In this document: positions 27,145 to 39,773 of the stretch, in pieces
How positions within the stretch are numbered: the first letter of the stretch is position 1
How the letters are laid out: every line of letters begins with the position of its first letter
From: Octopus vulgaris
Lineage: Eukaryota
Assembly (NCBI GenBank): GCA_951406725.2
Contig: OX597819.1
Coordinates: 130,324,001 to 130,388,000, forward strand
DNA length: 64,000 nt
Direction of reading: 5' to 3'
The notes under the pieces: generated by a model
The model's database searches: none
Told to the model about the DNA's origin: nothing
The model's input: the letters and a program-made list of their open reading frames with translations, nothing else
Program-made: the position numbers and the translations under genes

Positions 27145-27340
27145 ATCCACCAACACCGCTTGACAACCGGTATAGGAACATCTACGTCCTCGTAAATTAG
27201 CGGTTCGGCAAAAGAGATCGATAGCAAAAGTACGACGCTTTAAAAAAAATAAGTACTAAGATCGATTCATTCGACTAAAAATTCTTCAAGGTGGTGCCCC
27301 AGCATGGCCGTAGTCGACTGAAGACAAGTAAAACGAAAGA
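26716..27340 (+). mobile_element. SINE B with a full SINE A (26742-26973) nested in its head
   Basis: ggcgcaggcgtgg | SINE A | agcttgcttcccaaccacatgg...cagcatggcc. Confidence 0.88.
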
Positions 27341-27582
27341 TTTATATGATACGGCAAAATGTCATTATCAGTAAAGGATAATTAAAAACATACCACTTAT
27401 GTCTAATTTGTCTAATTTGATTGTACTGGAAACTGAGAAAATTTTATTTAACATAAAAAAAAGTGTAAAAAGCGTAAACACGCACGCATCCAGGGATTAA
27501 ATATCTCTCTTAGATTATCTAAGGTTCTATTGTGAAGATTCATGCGTTTTTTATTTGCTGTACAGGTATAAATTCATGTATA

Positions 27583-27818
27583 AGGCAGCGAGCTGGCAGA
27601 AACGTTAGCACGCCGGGCGAAATGCGTAGCCGTATGTCGTCTGCCGTTACGTTCTGAGTTCAAATTCCGCCGAAGTCGACTTTGCCTTTCATCCTTTCGG
27701 GGTCGATTAATTAAGTACCAGATACGCACTGAGGTCGATGTAATCGACTTAATCCATTTGTCTGTCCTTGTTTGTCCTCTCTATGTTTAGCCCCATGTGG
27801 ATAGTAAAGAAATAGGTA
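27583..27818 (+). mobile_element. Full-length SINE family A
   Basis: Runs head to tail and ends aaagaaataggtat. Confidence 0.9.
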
Positions 27819-27933
27819 TATATGTATGTATGTCTGTCTGCATAAGTATTTATTTGTATTCGTGTGTATTTGTGTGTATGTGCGTGTGTGTGTAAGAGAG
27901 AGAGAGACAGAGAGAAAGAGAGAGGGAGAAAGA

Positions 27934-27975
<42 letters not shown>

Positions 27976-27976
<1 letters not shown>

Positions 27977-28422
27977 CGCCTATCTTAGGCTATCTTTTGT
28001 CATCTTTTCTGACAATTCGCCTAAGAGTCCGACGGTCTCTATCTGAAAGTTTTGGTTTCCTTCCGGAGTTTTGTTTTGACGAGGAAGTTTTTCCCTCCTT
28101 CTCAAAGGCTGTCGTTACTTTCGAAGCAGTACTTATTGATACACCAAACATTTCGGCTGTTTTCGTTATCCTAACGCCTGCCATACGAGCCCCAACAATT
28201 TGATTTCTTTGAAAGTCCGATAGATCTGTCATTTTAATGAATTTTAATTACCTTTTTCTGATGTCATCTGAAAAGAAACAACACTCTTAACAAAATATAT
28301 TAAGCAACACTAATAATAAATCAAATATCATAATAATAAACAAGCTTTTGGCGGTTTTATAGATATTTATAAAATTATGATGTTATGATGCTAGGTGTTT
28401 CCATTATTTTGTCCAACCCCTG
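27976..28422 (-). mobile_element. 5' part of a Tc1 element
   Basis: TIR caggggttggacaaaataatggaaacacc; paired-like HTH MTDLSDFQRNQIVGARMAG...SGRKPKLSDRDRR (ORF 27990-28232). Confidence 0.9.
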
Positions 28423-28537
28423 AGCGTAGGCTCGAAACATTAAAGACTTTTTCACTTCCCGAGCGTTAAACTAATATATCTGTTTGTTGTGTACACCACC
28501 TGTCTTCCTCTTTTGTTCTTTTTTTGTGAATTCTCCC

Positions 28538-28541
<4 letters not shown>
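28422..28541 (+). mobile_element. Truncated Penelope-type terminal repeat with the 3' half of a minimal hammerhead (related copy at ~11655-11762)
   Basis: gagc-gtag-gctc-GAAAC...cccgagcgttaaactaat, ending at (TA)n. Confidence 0.55.
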
Positions 28542-28594
<53 letters not shown>

Positions 28595-29459
28595 AGCGAT
28601 TACAGATCTTAAATCATATATTTACTTATATTGAAAAACGACACATAAGAACATAATTCACCCAGTATTTTTAACCTTTAACATTAGAAAAATATTACGC
28701 TTGATACACACACAAACACATACAAACGCATACTATATATATATATACATATATGGTGGGGGTGTATTATGCATGTGTAGATGGTGGAAAAATCTTTATA
28801 GAGTGTTGATTTTATTAATACTTTTTTCCTTTCTGAGTTTACACTATAAGCAAAATTTTTGCCATAAATTGTGTTATCTCAGCCTACCACCATTCTCACC
28901 CAACCGAAGCATCAAAATAACAAACCAAGGAAAAGAAAGAAAAAAAACAGACACAACAAGAACAAAACCTAGACAAGCTTAACAATATTTGTCACAGTAA
29001 ATTGAATTGGTTTTGCCACAGTTAAAGACTTGGCTTCAAATCACACGCGACGGTAGAAAACTAACTCCAAATTGGCATTAAAGGAACTTGACAAGATTGA
29101 GAAGAAAAAGAGAAAAATAAGTTTTTAAAGAAACCTTCACATTTTAAGACATGTTTCCGCAGAGAGTTTTTGGCATTACACACACATGCACATAGACACA
29201 CAGAAATTGACGCGCATTCATGCACATGCGAAGGCACACGCACACACAAACAAATACACATATAAATAATGAACCATTAGTCTCCGGCTTACTTTGCAAA
29301 GATCATAAATGTGTGTGTGTGTGTGTGTGTGCATGTGTATGTGTTTGCACGCGTGTGTATTTGTGTGTGTGTGTGTATTTATATGTGTAAAGATAGATAC
29401 ATACTACGTATAGTATATAGTTATATTCGTAAATATGGGTTTAAATAGAGAATGATTTG

Positions 29460-29643
29460 TACATGCACAATCATACATATATATGTGTATATATTTATGT
29501 ATATATGGATGTGTCTATACATATAAGTATATATATATATGTATATATGTGTGTGTTGAGTGTGTTGAGTGTGTGTGTACTTATATATATATATATTATT
29601 ATATATATATGCATATATATATGTGTATATAAATATATATATT

Positions 29644-29703
<60 letters not shown>

Positions 29704-29754
29704 ATATATACATGCATATATATATATATACATACATATATGTGTATATATGTG

Positions 29755-29812
<58 letters not shown>

Positions 29813-29833
29813 GTGTATATATATATATGCATA

Positions 29834-29896
<63 letters not shown>

Positions 29897-29940
29897 ACAC
29901 TCTTGTGTACATATGCACATGCACACATATATCTATATAC
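29460..29940. repeat. Degenerate (TA)n/(TG)n block
   Basis: Direct reading. Confidence 0.95.
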
Positions 29941-30767
29941 GTAGAGAAGAAAAAAAGTACATCTTCCTTTAAAAAATAGTCACTACATGTTTCAAAGGGA
30001 AACTTCGGTTTTTAATTGTCAGCGGGAAGGCAAAAAAAAAAAAAACCTGCAAAACAAATAAATACATACTAACAAAAATTTTAAAACGCTTATAAACAAA
30101 ATCGAATCAAAGATAAAATATGACTATAATTGAACTGAAAAAAAAATGTTCGGTAATTTGTGGAGCGCCTGAGTTTTTTTTATTGTATTGTTTACTTGCA
30201 TTTTTTTTCATTTTTTGTCTTTTTTTGTGGTACTAAGCACGAATTAAGTGGTTAAATTGAAAGATTTCCAGAACTAAAAGTTAACAAAGGCAGACGTAAC
30301 GTCTGGTAGTCACTAGTTTCATACAAAAAGAAAGAGAAATAAAAAAAAGAATCCCTGAATAATTTTTTAAAAAAAACTTACATCTGAAAGCGTATGGTAA
30401 TGATTATAAATAATAGGGCCACGCTGATGGGTTAACGGAACTGGTCGATCGGTGGTGGAGAAAGTGTTTCGTGGCACTTAGTTTGTTGCGTTTCTTAAAC
30501 ATTTAAATTCGACTTCTAGCTTGCTGGACACTGGTCACTTTCCATACTGGTTACCTTCTGCATACTAAGTCCACCGAATTTACCCAAGAGTATCTTCGAG
30601 TCTCACCTAACAATCCAAAACAAGGTATACTAATTACATAAACTCGTTCTAAAATATTTATAGGAACACAATATGTGTCCTTGTGTGCAGTAAAATGTCT
30701 GTGTATATATATGGTCATGTGTTTCAGTCTCCATTTGCGTATGTGTGCTTGTCTGTTCATATACATT

Positions 30768-31428
30768 TGTTTATTGCCTACAAGGGGCTAAACATAGAGG
30801 GGACAAACAAGGATAGACAAAGGGATTAAGTCGATTACATCGACCCCAGTGCGTAACTGGTACTTCATTTATCGACCCCGAAAGTATGAAAGGCAAAGTC
30901 GACCTCTGCGGAATTTGAACTCAGAACGTAACGACAGACGAAATACCTATTTCTCTATTACCCACAAGGGGCTAAACATAGAGGGGACAAACAAGGACAG
31001 ACAATCGGATCAAGTCGATTATATCGACCCCAGTGCGTAACTGGTACTTATTTAATCGACCCCGAAAGGATGAAAGGCAAAGTCGACCTCGGCGGAATTT
31101 GAACTCAGAACGTAACGGCAGATGAAATACCTATTTCTTTATTACCCACAAGGGGCTAAACATAGAGGGGACAAACAAGGACAGACATAGGTATTAAGTC
31201 GATTACATCGACCCCAGTGTGTAACTGGTACTTAATTTATCGACCCCGAAAGGATGAAAGGCAAAGTCGACCTCGGCGGAATTTGAACTCAGAACGTAGC
31301 GGCAGACTAAATACCGCTAAGCATTTCGCCCAGCGTGCTACCGATTCTGCCAGTTTACCGCCTTCGGCAGACGAAATGCCGCTAATCATTTCGCCCGGCG
31401 CGCTAACGTGTCTGCCAGCTCGCCGCCT
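30768..31428 (-). mobile_element. SINE A head-to-tail trimer (184-bp internal unit) plus an extra head
   Basis: Identical junctions gaaatacc|tatttct at 30947/30948 and 31131/31132. Confidence 0.92.
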
Positions 31429-31835
31429 TTTGTCTGTTCATATAACCTATGTACCTATCCGTCTGCATGTTGATCTGTTTATTTTCACAACTAATGAAGA
31501 AACAAAGGCACACCTTTAAGAGGAAGGTAACCCTGCATTATTTGATCCTAGCATTATCATTCCATTGGCATTTGATTTCATCGAAACTTAGAAAGACTAA
31601 AACCAAAACCCCCCTCGGCGAGGTTTGAACGCAGAACATCAGACCTAACTAAAACAAACTATTTTGTCTGCTGTTTTACAAAATTTATCATACGCTACCC
31701 TCGCGGAGACATGGATTTCAGATATTGTCACATGTCCACAAATAATATTTTGTTGGTGTATGGGATCAAGCAATTTCAGAATGATTAAAGACCAATCCAA
31801 CATTTGAATTTAGGAACTGAATATTTAATCTACCA

Positions 31836-31879
<44 letters not shown>

Positions 31880-32359
31880 CACGTATATTATAGATAATAA
31901 ATAGTAATAATCAATGACGAGAGACTGTCAGTCGTGATTCATCCTGCCTTTGTTGCATATGAAGGACGATACAGCTCAATATAGCCTTCAATATTTAAGC
32001 GAGTATTCAAGGCGGAGTTTGAGGGAGATTTGGGCTGCTTTTTGTGAAAAATTGAATGTGTAAAAACTGATGGAGAAGACGTATGTGTATACTTATATAC
32101 GTATATTATGTATGTTGTCTGTATAGTCAGCTATAGAATCACAAGTCGTGGGAAACTGAGAAGAGCTAAACTTTAACCTTTTTTTATTTTCATATATTCC
32201 TCCCATATTTCCATAATAGTTTCTTTTTATTTTCTTTTATGAAACATTAGATTTCCAATATAGGGAATGCAAGAGTTATTTCAGGATACTATATTATCAG
32301 TGTATTATTTTCTAGAAACCAATTAGACGGTTTTTATTTATTTATTTTTTTTTTCAGAT

Positions 32360-32810
32360 ACCCTGCTGACAACGGAAATGAATTTTAAAAAATGCATTGC
32401 TAGCACATGCGCAAGCCACAGAGATTTAGAAACTACCAAATTTTTTAATGTCGCAAGATCTTTTGTTCACGGAATTCGGTTGAAATTAAAAGCCTCTGGC
32501 GGGAATGTTTCAATTTCATCAAAGACAAAACAAAACACTCATAATGTTCAGAGACTATAAGATCACTGCAAATCATCCAAACGGATTCAAAGCTTTATCG
32601 ACGATGATCCGGAAAACCAACGAGAGCCATCATCAAAGAACTTCAAGTGTTGGAGTGGAGAGTCAGAACTGTGATATATGAGGACTTTCGATACAAGTCA
32701 CTCGGACTGAGGAGCGGCCAGTTCGTATCTGCGAAGTCACAAGAGACTTATGTGATCCATGTCAAACTGTTACCTAACAAGGCTAAAATTTCTCACAAAC
32801 ATGGCACGTT
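32360..32810 (+). mobile_element. Highly degenerate IS630-Tc1-mariner transposase 5' fragment
   Basis: HRDLETTKFFNVARSFVHGIR and IKELQVLEWRVRTVIYEDFRYKS resemble HTH segments. Confidence 0.55.
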
Positions 32811-33169
32811 TTTCCCTTCAATCGTAAATCAGGGATTAACTCTTTCTGCATGTTCTTCCATTCTTATTGTCCTGTGTTACAAGTTCGAATTACATGAATT
32901 GCGAATTTCGAGAACTTGCGGTGGAGAATGACTTGCTAAGACGTTATGGCACATCCTGCGGAGTATCTCGTACGTGTGTGTGTGTGTATATATGTGTCCG
33001 TTGTGTGTATGTGACTGTGTGTGTATGTATGTGTATGTGTGCGTGTGTATGTGTGTGTATCTGTGTGTATCTGTGTGTGCGTGTGCATGTACGTTTGTGC
33101 ATGTGAGTCTCTTTTCTTTTCCTTCTTTCTTTCTTTCTTTCTTTCTTTCTCTCCCTCTCTCCACTCACC

Positions 33170-33330
33170 TTGGTGGGGTTAAGTCGAACAAATCGATCCC
33201 AAGTCTTATTTCTTAAAGCTTGGTAATTGTTCTATTAGTCTCTTTTGCCGAACTGCTAAGTGACGAGGACGTAAACACAGGCATAAAAACACACACATTC
33301 ACACGAGCGCGCGCACACACACACACACAA

Positions 33331-33383
<53 letters not shown>

Positions 33384-33580
33384 CACACACACGCACACAC
33401 ACGCACACACAAACATACACACACGACGGGTTTCTTTCAGTTTCTCTCAACCAAATCCACTCACAAGGATTTGGTCTGTCCGAAGCTATAGTAGTAGACA
33501 CTTGTCCCAGGAGCCATGCAGTGTGGTTGAACTCAGAACCATGCGGTTCAGAAGCAAGTTTTTTTTTACCACACAGCTAC
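33170..33580 (-). mobile_element. SINE B with internal (TG)n
   Basis: Family match. Confidence 0.8.
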
Positions 33581-33591
33581 GCCTAAACCTC

Positions 33592-33623
<32 letters not shown>

Positions 33624-34122
33624 TGTATGTGAGGGTTTTTAAAAGTTTTATCGAAGTTCTTTTTGAGTGTTCAAGCCGGTCACTACCAAAGCCATAAAAC
33701 TTTTCCGCTTGAGTTCCCGATGTTTGTAAATGTAGTTGAGTTGGCGTATGGCTTGAACTTTTGATGCCTTTGCCCGCCTACGTGTATCTATTCACCTAAA
33801 GAATCTCAAGCTGAGAATCTTTCGAATGGCTTATACAAATCTTCACTGAGTCACTAATAAAGTGAATTCGCGCCAGTTTCTTTTGCTCTTCGGAAAACCT
33901 AATATTTCTAGGTCTTGTGTAAATTTGTTGGTACAGAACCTAATGTATTTATGATAATAGGTAGAAATGAGAATTATGGTTAAATAACAAGAGCTGCAAG
34001 TTCCGCATAGATTCATCATAAATGTTCTCTTCCGCCTGGACTTTTGATGGTACTTTCATCAAAGTTTCTGAAAGTGCGCGCGTGTGGGTGCGTATATGTG
34101 TTGGAATGTGTGTGTGAAAGAA

Positions 34123-34187
<65 letters not shown>

Positions 34188-34447
34188 GAAGGAAAATATA
34201 GTACATAGCTCCTCTAAGACGAAGTAAAACTGAAAGTACTTCTCGATAATTATAAACCTATCTATCTATCTTTCTCTCTTTTTCTCTACCTTTTGGCTCT
34301 CTGTATCTTTCTATTTCTCTCCCCCCCTCTCTCTCTCTCTATATATATATATACATATACACATATATACATATATATATACACATATATATATATATAT
34401 ACACAAATGCATATATGTATATATTATATACATATATATACATATAT

Positions 34448-34610
34448 AGGAGCAGGAGTAGCTGTGTGGTAAGTAGCTTGCTAAACAACTACATGGTTCA
34501 GGTTCCGTCCCACTGCGTGGCACCTTGGACTGATGTGTCTTCTGCTATAGCCTCGGGCTGACCAAAGCTTTCAGTGGACTTGGTAGGCGGAAGCTGATAG
34601 AAGCTCGTCG

Positions 34611-34667
<57 letters not shown>

Positions 34668-34850
34668 ATGTTTATGCGTCTGTGTTTGTCACCCCACCAT
34701 CGCTTGACATCCGATATTAGCGTGTTTACGTCCCTGTAACTTAGCAGTTCGGCAAAAGAGAACAATAAGATAAGTACTAAACTTACAAAGAATAAGTCCT
34801 CGTGTCGATTTGTTCGACTAAAGGCGGTGCTGCAGACTGGAACAAATAAA
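34448..34850 (+). mobile_element. SINE B
   Basis: Family match from head to tail. Confidence 0.88.
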
Positions 34851-34875
34851 AAAATTAAAGAATATGTATATATTG

Positions 34876-34916
<41 letters not shown>

Positions 34917-34918
<2 letters not shown>

Positions 34919-35004
34919 TATTTAAAGCCAGTGAACAGTAATGACAGTATGACTTTGAAACATATTTAAAGCCAGTGAACAGTAATGACAGTATGACTTT
35001 GAAA
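34917..35004. repeat. Perfect 44-bp tandem duplication
   Basis: catatttaaagccagtgaacagtaatgacagtatgactttgaaa twice. Confidence 0.95.
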
Positions 35005-35207
35005 CCCTTTAATAATTCATAATAATGACTTTTATTCCTCTTAATTCTACTTCAGTTCATCTAAATTGTTTATATTTACCGTTACTTTTCCTTAAGAAAA
35101 GCCGTTATGTTTTTGATATCCAATGTGCATTTTTACTTTTTTTCTTTTTACTTTCCCAATACCTTTTCCACGTGTAGTTTCTAGTTTCTTTTAGAAACAT
35201 ATTTCTG

Positions 35208-35257
<50 letters not shown>

Positions 35258-35460
35258 ATATATATGTGTGTGTATGTACGTGCGTGTGTGTATGTACGTG
35301 CGTGTGTGTATGTGTGTGTGTAAAATATAAATTTGAGGTAAAGCCACTATTATGCAACTCAAACAGTGATAAACATCAACCAAAACATAAATAACAAATA
35401 ATATACAATAACTAGATCTCAAAAAGTATAAAAATGAATGATCAATATATAATAAGTAAA

Positions 35461-35564
35461 AATCTACGTACGTTTCATGGCTACAATTAAATTCGAATTA
35501 CAATCAAGTTAAAATTCAATTGAAATAAATTCGATTTAAAATTATAGTCAATCTTCAGGTTAAC
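35461..35564 (-). ncRNA. Type I hammerhead ribozyme motif with a long AT-rich stem II and palindromic stem III, within a repeat of about 35330-35580
   Basis: Minus strand aacCTGAAGA ttgactataatt...aattgtagccat GAAACGTACGTA gatt; ACGTACGT palindrome, GTA cleavage triplet. Confidence 0.65.
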
Positions 35565-35599
35565 AATAATAGTTAAATATATATATAATTTTTATACAT

Positions 35600-36390
35600 A
35601 TATTATTGCGGCGTAACGTACACCTTGTTCTCTTATGTATGTAAACATTCCACCATTGTACGACTTCTACACACACTTTCTCTATACTTCCCTGTCTCTG
35701 TCTTTCTCTTTTCTTGCCTCTGATTCTTTAGTCTCCTCTTCCCCCACTCTCTCACATTTCTCTGTCTTTCTCACTTTGCACCGCTGATTCTGTTGCCAAG
35801 CCAATCCTTGGCGTGCTCTGTTTCTTCTCCCCTCTTTAATTCCTTCTTTCCCCCTCTTGGTGCCTTTGTCCCTCTTTTTCTCTCTCTCTCTCTCTTTAAT
35901 TCCTTTGCCTCCTGGTTTTCTCTCTCTTCTTCTCTCCTCTCACGTGACCGCTGGTTAACTAGCCTTTAGGCGTTTGACCGCCGCCACGACAACACCGTTT
36001 TCTTCGTCTGCCGCAAAGGCATTTATTTCAAACTACGCCAGCTAAGATAAGTTAAACTGTCTAAAGTCGTAAGACACCCGCTGTTTTTGTCCTGTTATTA
36101 CTATTCTTGTTTTTTATTTTTGTTTTTTGTATTTATATTCGTGTGGCATCGTCCGTTTTTCTGTCCTTGTTTCGTATACATTCGATCCTTTTTCCAAGAA
36201 ATCTAATGCTCGCAGCTTAGTTTTTCCTTGGGGCTGGCCAGATCGGAGCGATATCAGGATTAATCAGCCTAAATTGCTAGGATGATCCGGTTCCTGACTG
36301 AAGATTAGAGGCTTCGAATGACCCGTCCGTTTTTTGTGTCGTCTCTTTGTGTGTTTTGCGTTCTTGTCCCATTTTGTATTTTTATATATA
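35600..36390 (+). mobile_element. Non-coding repeat (pyrimidine tract, CACGTGACCG box, hammerhead-like scaffold, terminal GACTGAAGA)
   Basis: Collinear similarity with the reverse complement of 36870-37540, e.g. tttccaag(a/g)aatcta(a/g)tgctc..agcttag..ttgg..ggccagat.ggagc. Confidence 0.65.
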
Positions 36391-36406
36391 ATTTATATAT
36401 ATAAAG

Positions 36407-36732
36407 GGTAAAGACCCCCTTCGGTCATGAGTGACCATGGGTTTGCACCTAGAGAGTTACCCTCTGAGGCACAAGTCTGGGCAAGGTTGTTTTATGGAAG
36501 ACCAGTAGTCGCCCATGCATACCGGCCTCCCCTCTCCACGCCACCAGTGTTATCCAAGGGAAAGACAAAGGTCGATACAGCTTGGCACCTGTGACGTCGC
36601 AACTCATTTCTACAGCTGAGTGAACTGGAGCAACGTGAAATAAAGTGTCTTGCTCAAGAACACAACACGCAGCCCGGTCCGGGATTCGAGCTCACAACCT
36701 CACGATCGTAAGCTCGACGCTCTAACCACTGA

Positions 36733-36737
<5 letters not shown>
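36407..36737 (-). mobile_element. tRNA/CORE SINE family C
   Basis: Head atggctcagtggttagagcgtcg..gagctcgaatcccgg, core ttcttgagcaagacacttt. Confidence 0.88.
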
Positions 36738-36785
<48 letters not shown>

Positions 36786-36806
36786 ATATGTATATATGTA
36801 TATATG

Positions 36807-36855
<49 letters not shown>

Positions 36856-36869
36856 GTATGTATGTATGT

Positions 36870-37539
36870 ATATAAAAAGAAAACAAAATTGGAACAAGAA
36901 CGTAACAGATGACAACATAATATTCGAACAGTTAGACGATACAAAAAAGGACAGGAAAAAACAGGGATGAGTGATTCGGAGTCTTCGATCTTCAGTCGAG
37001 TTCCAGATTTTCTCAACAGTTTCAGCCGGTTACACTCGAGGCTGCTCCAATCTGGCCGGCTCCAAGAAAATCTAAGCTAAGAGCACTAGATTCCTTGGAA
37101 AAAAGTAAGCGAATGTATACGAAAACAAAGACGAAAACAAAAAACGGAGAAATGGTACGCAAATACAAACAACAGGGCATAACAATAGGTGTCTTTCCAC
37201 TAAGGACGAATTACGGCAGGGACACAAGAGGTGAAAGTCATGGGAAACGATATAGATTTTGCACGGATGGTAGTCGAACCAAGAAAGAAAGGTCAGGCTT
37301 GGCGGAACACCGGTCACGTGGAAGGAGAGGAGAGAGGTAGGGACAGAGGGATAAAAAAAATTAGGGAGGGACGAGAAAGAAAGAAAAAAGAAAAGAGACA
37401 GAGTGAGGTAAAAGAGGAGAGAAGGTGAGAATGAAGGGAAGGCCAAGAACTGTGAGAGGGGGAGCGAGAAAAGAAAAGGGGAAAGAACGAAGTAAGTGCG
37501 AAGGGGCTGAAAGAAAGAATAAGTGAGTCGTACAGAATT

Positions 37540-37540
<1 letters not shown>
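36870..37540 (-). mobile_element. Diverged second member of the 35600-36390 family
   Basis: Shared motifs as listed for 35600-36390; cacgtgaccgg on the minus strand at ~37310-37320. Confidence 0.65.
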
Positions 37541-37612
<72 letters not shown>

Positions 37613-37616
37613 ATAG

Positions 37617-37787
37617 TTAATCCAAACAAGAAAACACACACAAAAAACACAACAACGCGGGGACGTGGAACAAATAAAGTATTATTGGACGCTCAGGAAA
37701 GAAGGGAAGAAGGACGGATTAACGTTTCGAGCGGGCCGCTCTTCGTCGGAAACATAGGAGAAGGAAAGATCCCGAGATGGGAAGACC
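37617..37787 (-). mobile_element. Penelope-type terminal-repeat fragment with a variant minimal hammerhead
   Basis: Minus strand cCGACGAagagcgg-c-ccgctcGAAACGTTa; closely related to 39770-39938; abuts (TA)n. Confidence 0.6.
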
Positions 37788-37788
37788 T

Positions 37789-37837
<49 letters not shown>

Positions 37838-38117
37838 TGTGTGTGGTGCATATTTAATGATAATTTTTTATTCTAAATTTTTTTCGGAAATAAGACACCA
37901 AAATAAAACGGTCATTAATTATGCACCAACCGAATATATTTATGTTTGTGTATGTGTGTGTGTGTATAACAGCATGTGTGTTTAATTTGTATGTATGCAT
38001 GTGTGGTAGTGTCTCTATTCACGCTCACACATGTGCATTTATATTCTCATGTCCGTGCGAACGCAGATATATACGTAAATACACAGAAACACACACGCAC
38101 ACACACGCACACACAAG

Positions 38118-38148
<31 letters not shown>

Positions 38149-38436
38149 CTGCACACACATACACACATACACACATGCACACACACGCACACATACATAC
38201 ACACATACACATGAATGCACACATATGAACACACATACACATACACACACGCAAACATACACACAGGTACTCTTTCAGGCAGGTAGTCATTTTTTTCTGC
38301 CTTCAAAAGAGAGAAGAAAGCCACCAACAAGCACCAACATGCAACATGACTGACATATTGACATGTACCGAAGAGCGTCTGTGTGTTTGTGTGTGTGTGT
38401 ATGTATGTGTGTGTGTGTTCATGTGTGTGTGTGTGC

Positions 38437-38499
<63 letters not shown>

Positions 38500-38844
38500 T
38501 GTATGTATGTTCAAAGACGCATTGTCGCTGTCTTACTGTTTTATACAGCAGTCTCTTCATACATGTATAGAATACCTGAGTATATATCTGTTCATTTTGT
38601 TTGTATACACCTATGTTTGTCTTAACAATCGATACGTTTGTCTTCGTGAGCTTCGATGAAACAATGAACAAAAATAATATACTGTCATTTGTTGTCATTC
38701 GGGCATTTCGCAGTTTTTTCTTTCTTCTTCCTGGGTGTGGCGGTGTGGTTTAGATGAGTTTGCTGCGTATCTTTTAACTTCGAGTTCTAGCTCACTGCTC
38801 GGAATATAGCACTTTCTCTATCATCTTCTCTGCTACAATAGCTG

Positions 38845-39719
38845 CATTTCGAGAGCCCCATCTTCCATGAATAAAAACTCATTTTTCATTATGTTATCAT
38901 GTGAATACATCGTGAATAGTCCTTGCTTAAGTATTTCAATGTATTTTTCAGAGTTTATGGTTCCAACACATTCAATCAGCTCAGAACGACCATTGCTGGT
39001 GACAATTCCCCATACCATTACAGAGATACCGCCATGTCTCACAGTTGGTTGGAGTTGTTTCAAATCAAATTCTCGATTGGAAAGCCTTCAGACCCAAACA
39101 CGTCCACTGTCTGAAAAGAATGCAAATTTGGATTCATCTGAGAAAAACGCTCTGTCCCAAAATGAACTGGATTTTTCTGACATCTTAGCCCATTTCTTTC
39201 TTTTCCTGATATTAATTGGTTGAAAGAGGGGTTTTCTTCTAGCTGCTCGTCCATAATACTCAAACTTATGCAATTACACGTTCTTGGACTAACTTCTAGC
39301 TGTTTTGCAATGTCAGAAGCCTTTGAACGGGGTTCCTTTTCTACAATTCTTTTCAAACAGTGAAACTTCCTTTCCGAGGGTCCAGGTCGACCGGGACAAA
39401 AATCTGTTGATTCTTTTCCTTCGCTTTTGAATTGCACTATAATTCTATTAACAGTAGTAAGAGGAATTTGAAGATTTTCGTCAATTTTTCGCTGGCTGAG
39501 ACCATCCTCAGATTGCCCAACAATACGACCTCTTTGAAAATCTGACAGTTCTGCTGAATTTTCTGTGCATTGCATGGTTATTCTTCACAAATGTTTAATA
39601 TAATGGCACCTGGAATGAAAAAGAACAATTACATTGTAAATTCTACACTGCTGAAAACATATAAAGATGCTTAGATCAGAAATTTTGAAAATTAAAGGTG
39701 TCTGTTTACTTCCTGCATG

Positions 39720-39725
<6 letters not shown>
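38845..39725 (-). mobile_element. 3'-truncated Tc1 element with transposase pseudogene
   Basis: [48 protein letters not shown]; terminus cacagacatgcaggaagtaaacagacacc next to TA. Confidence 0.92.

Positions 39726-39769
<44 letters not shown>

Positions 39770-39773
<4 letters not shown>

Noticed and set aside
30768-31428. CRISPR-like or satellite array
   Set aside because: The units are SINE bodies with no unique spacers, in a eukaryotic context.
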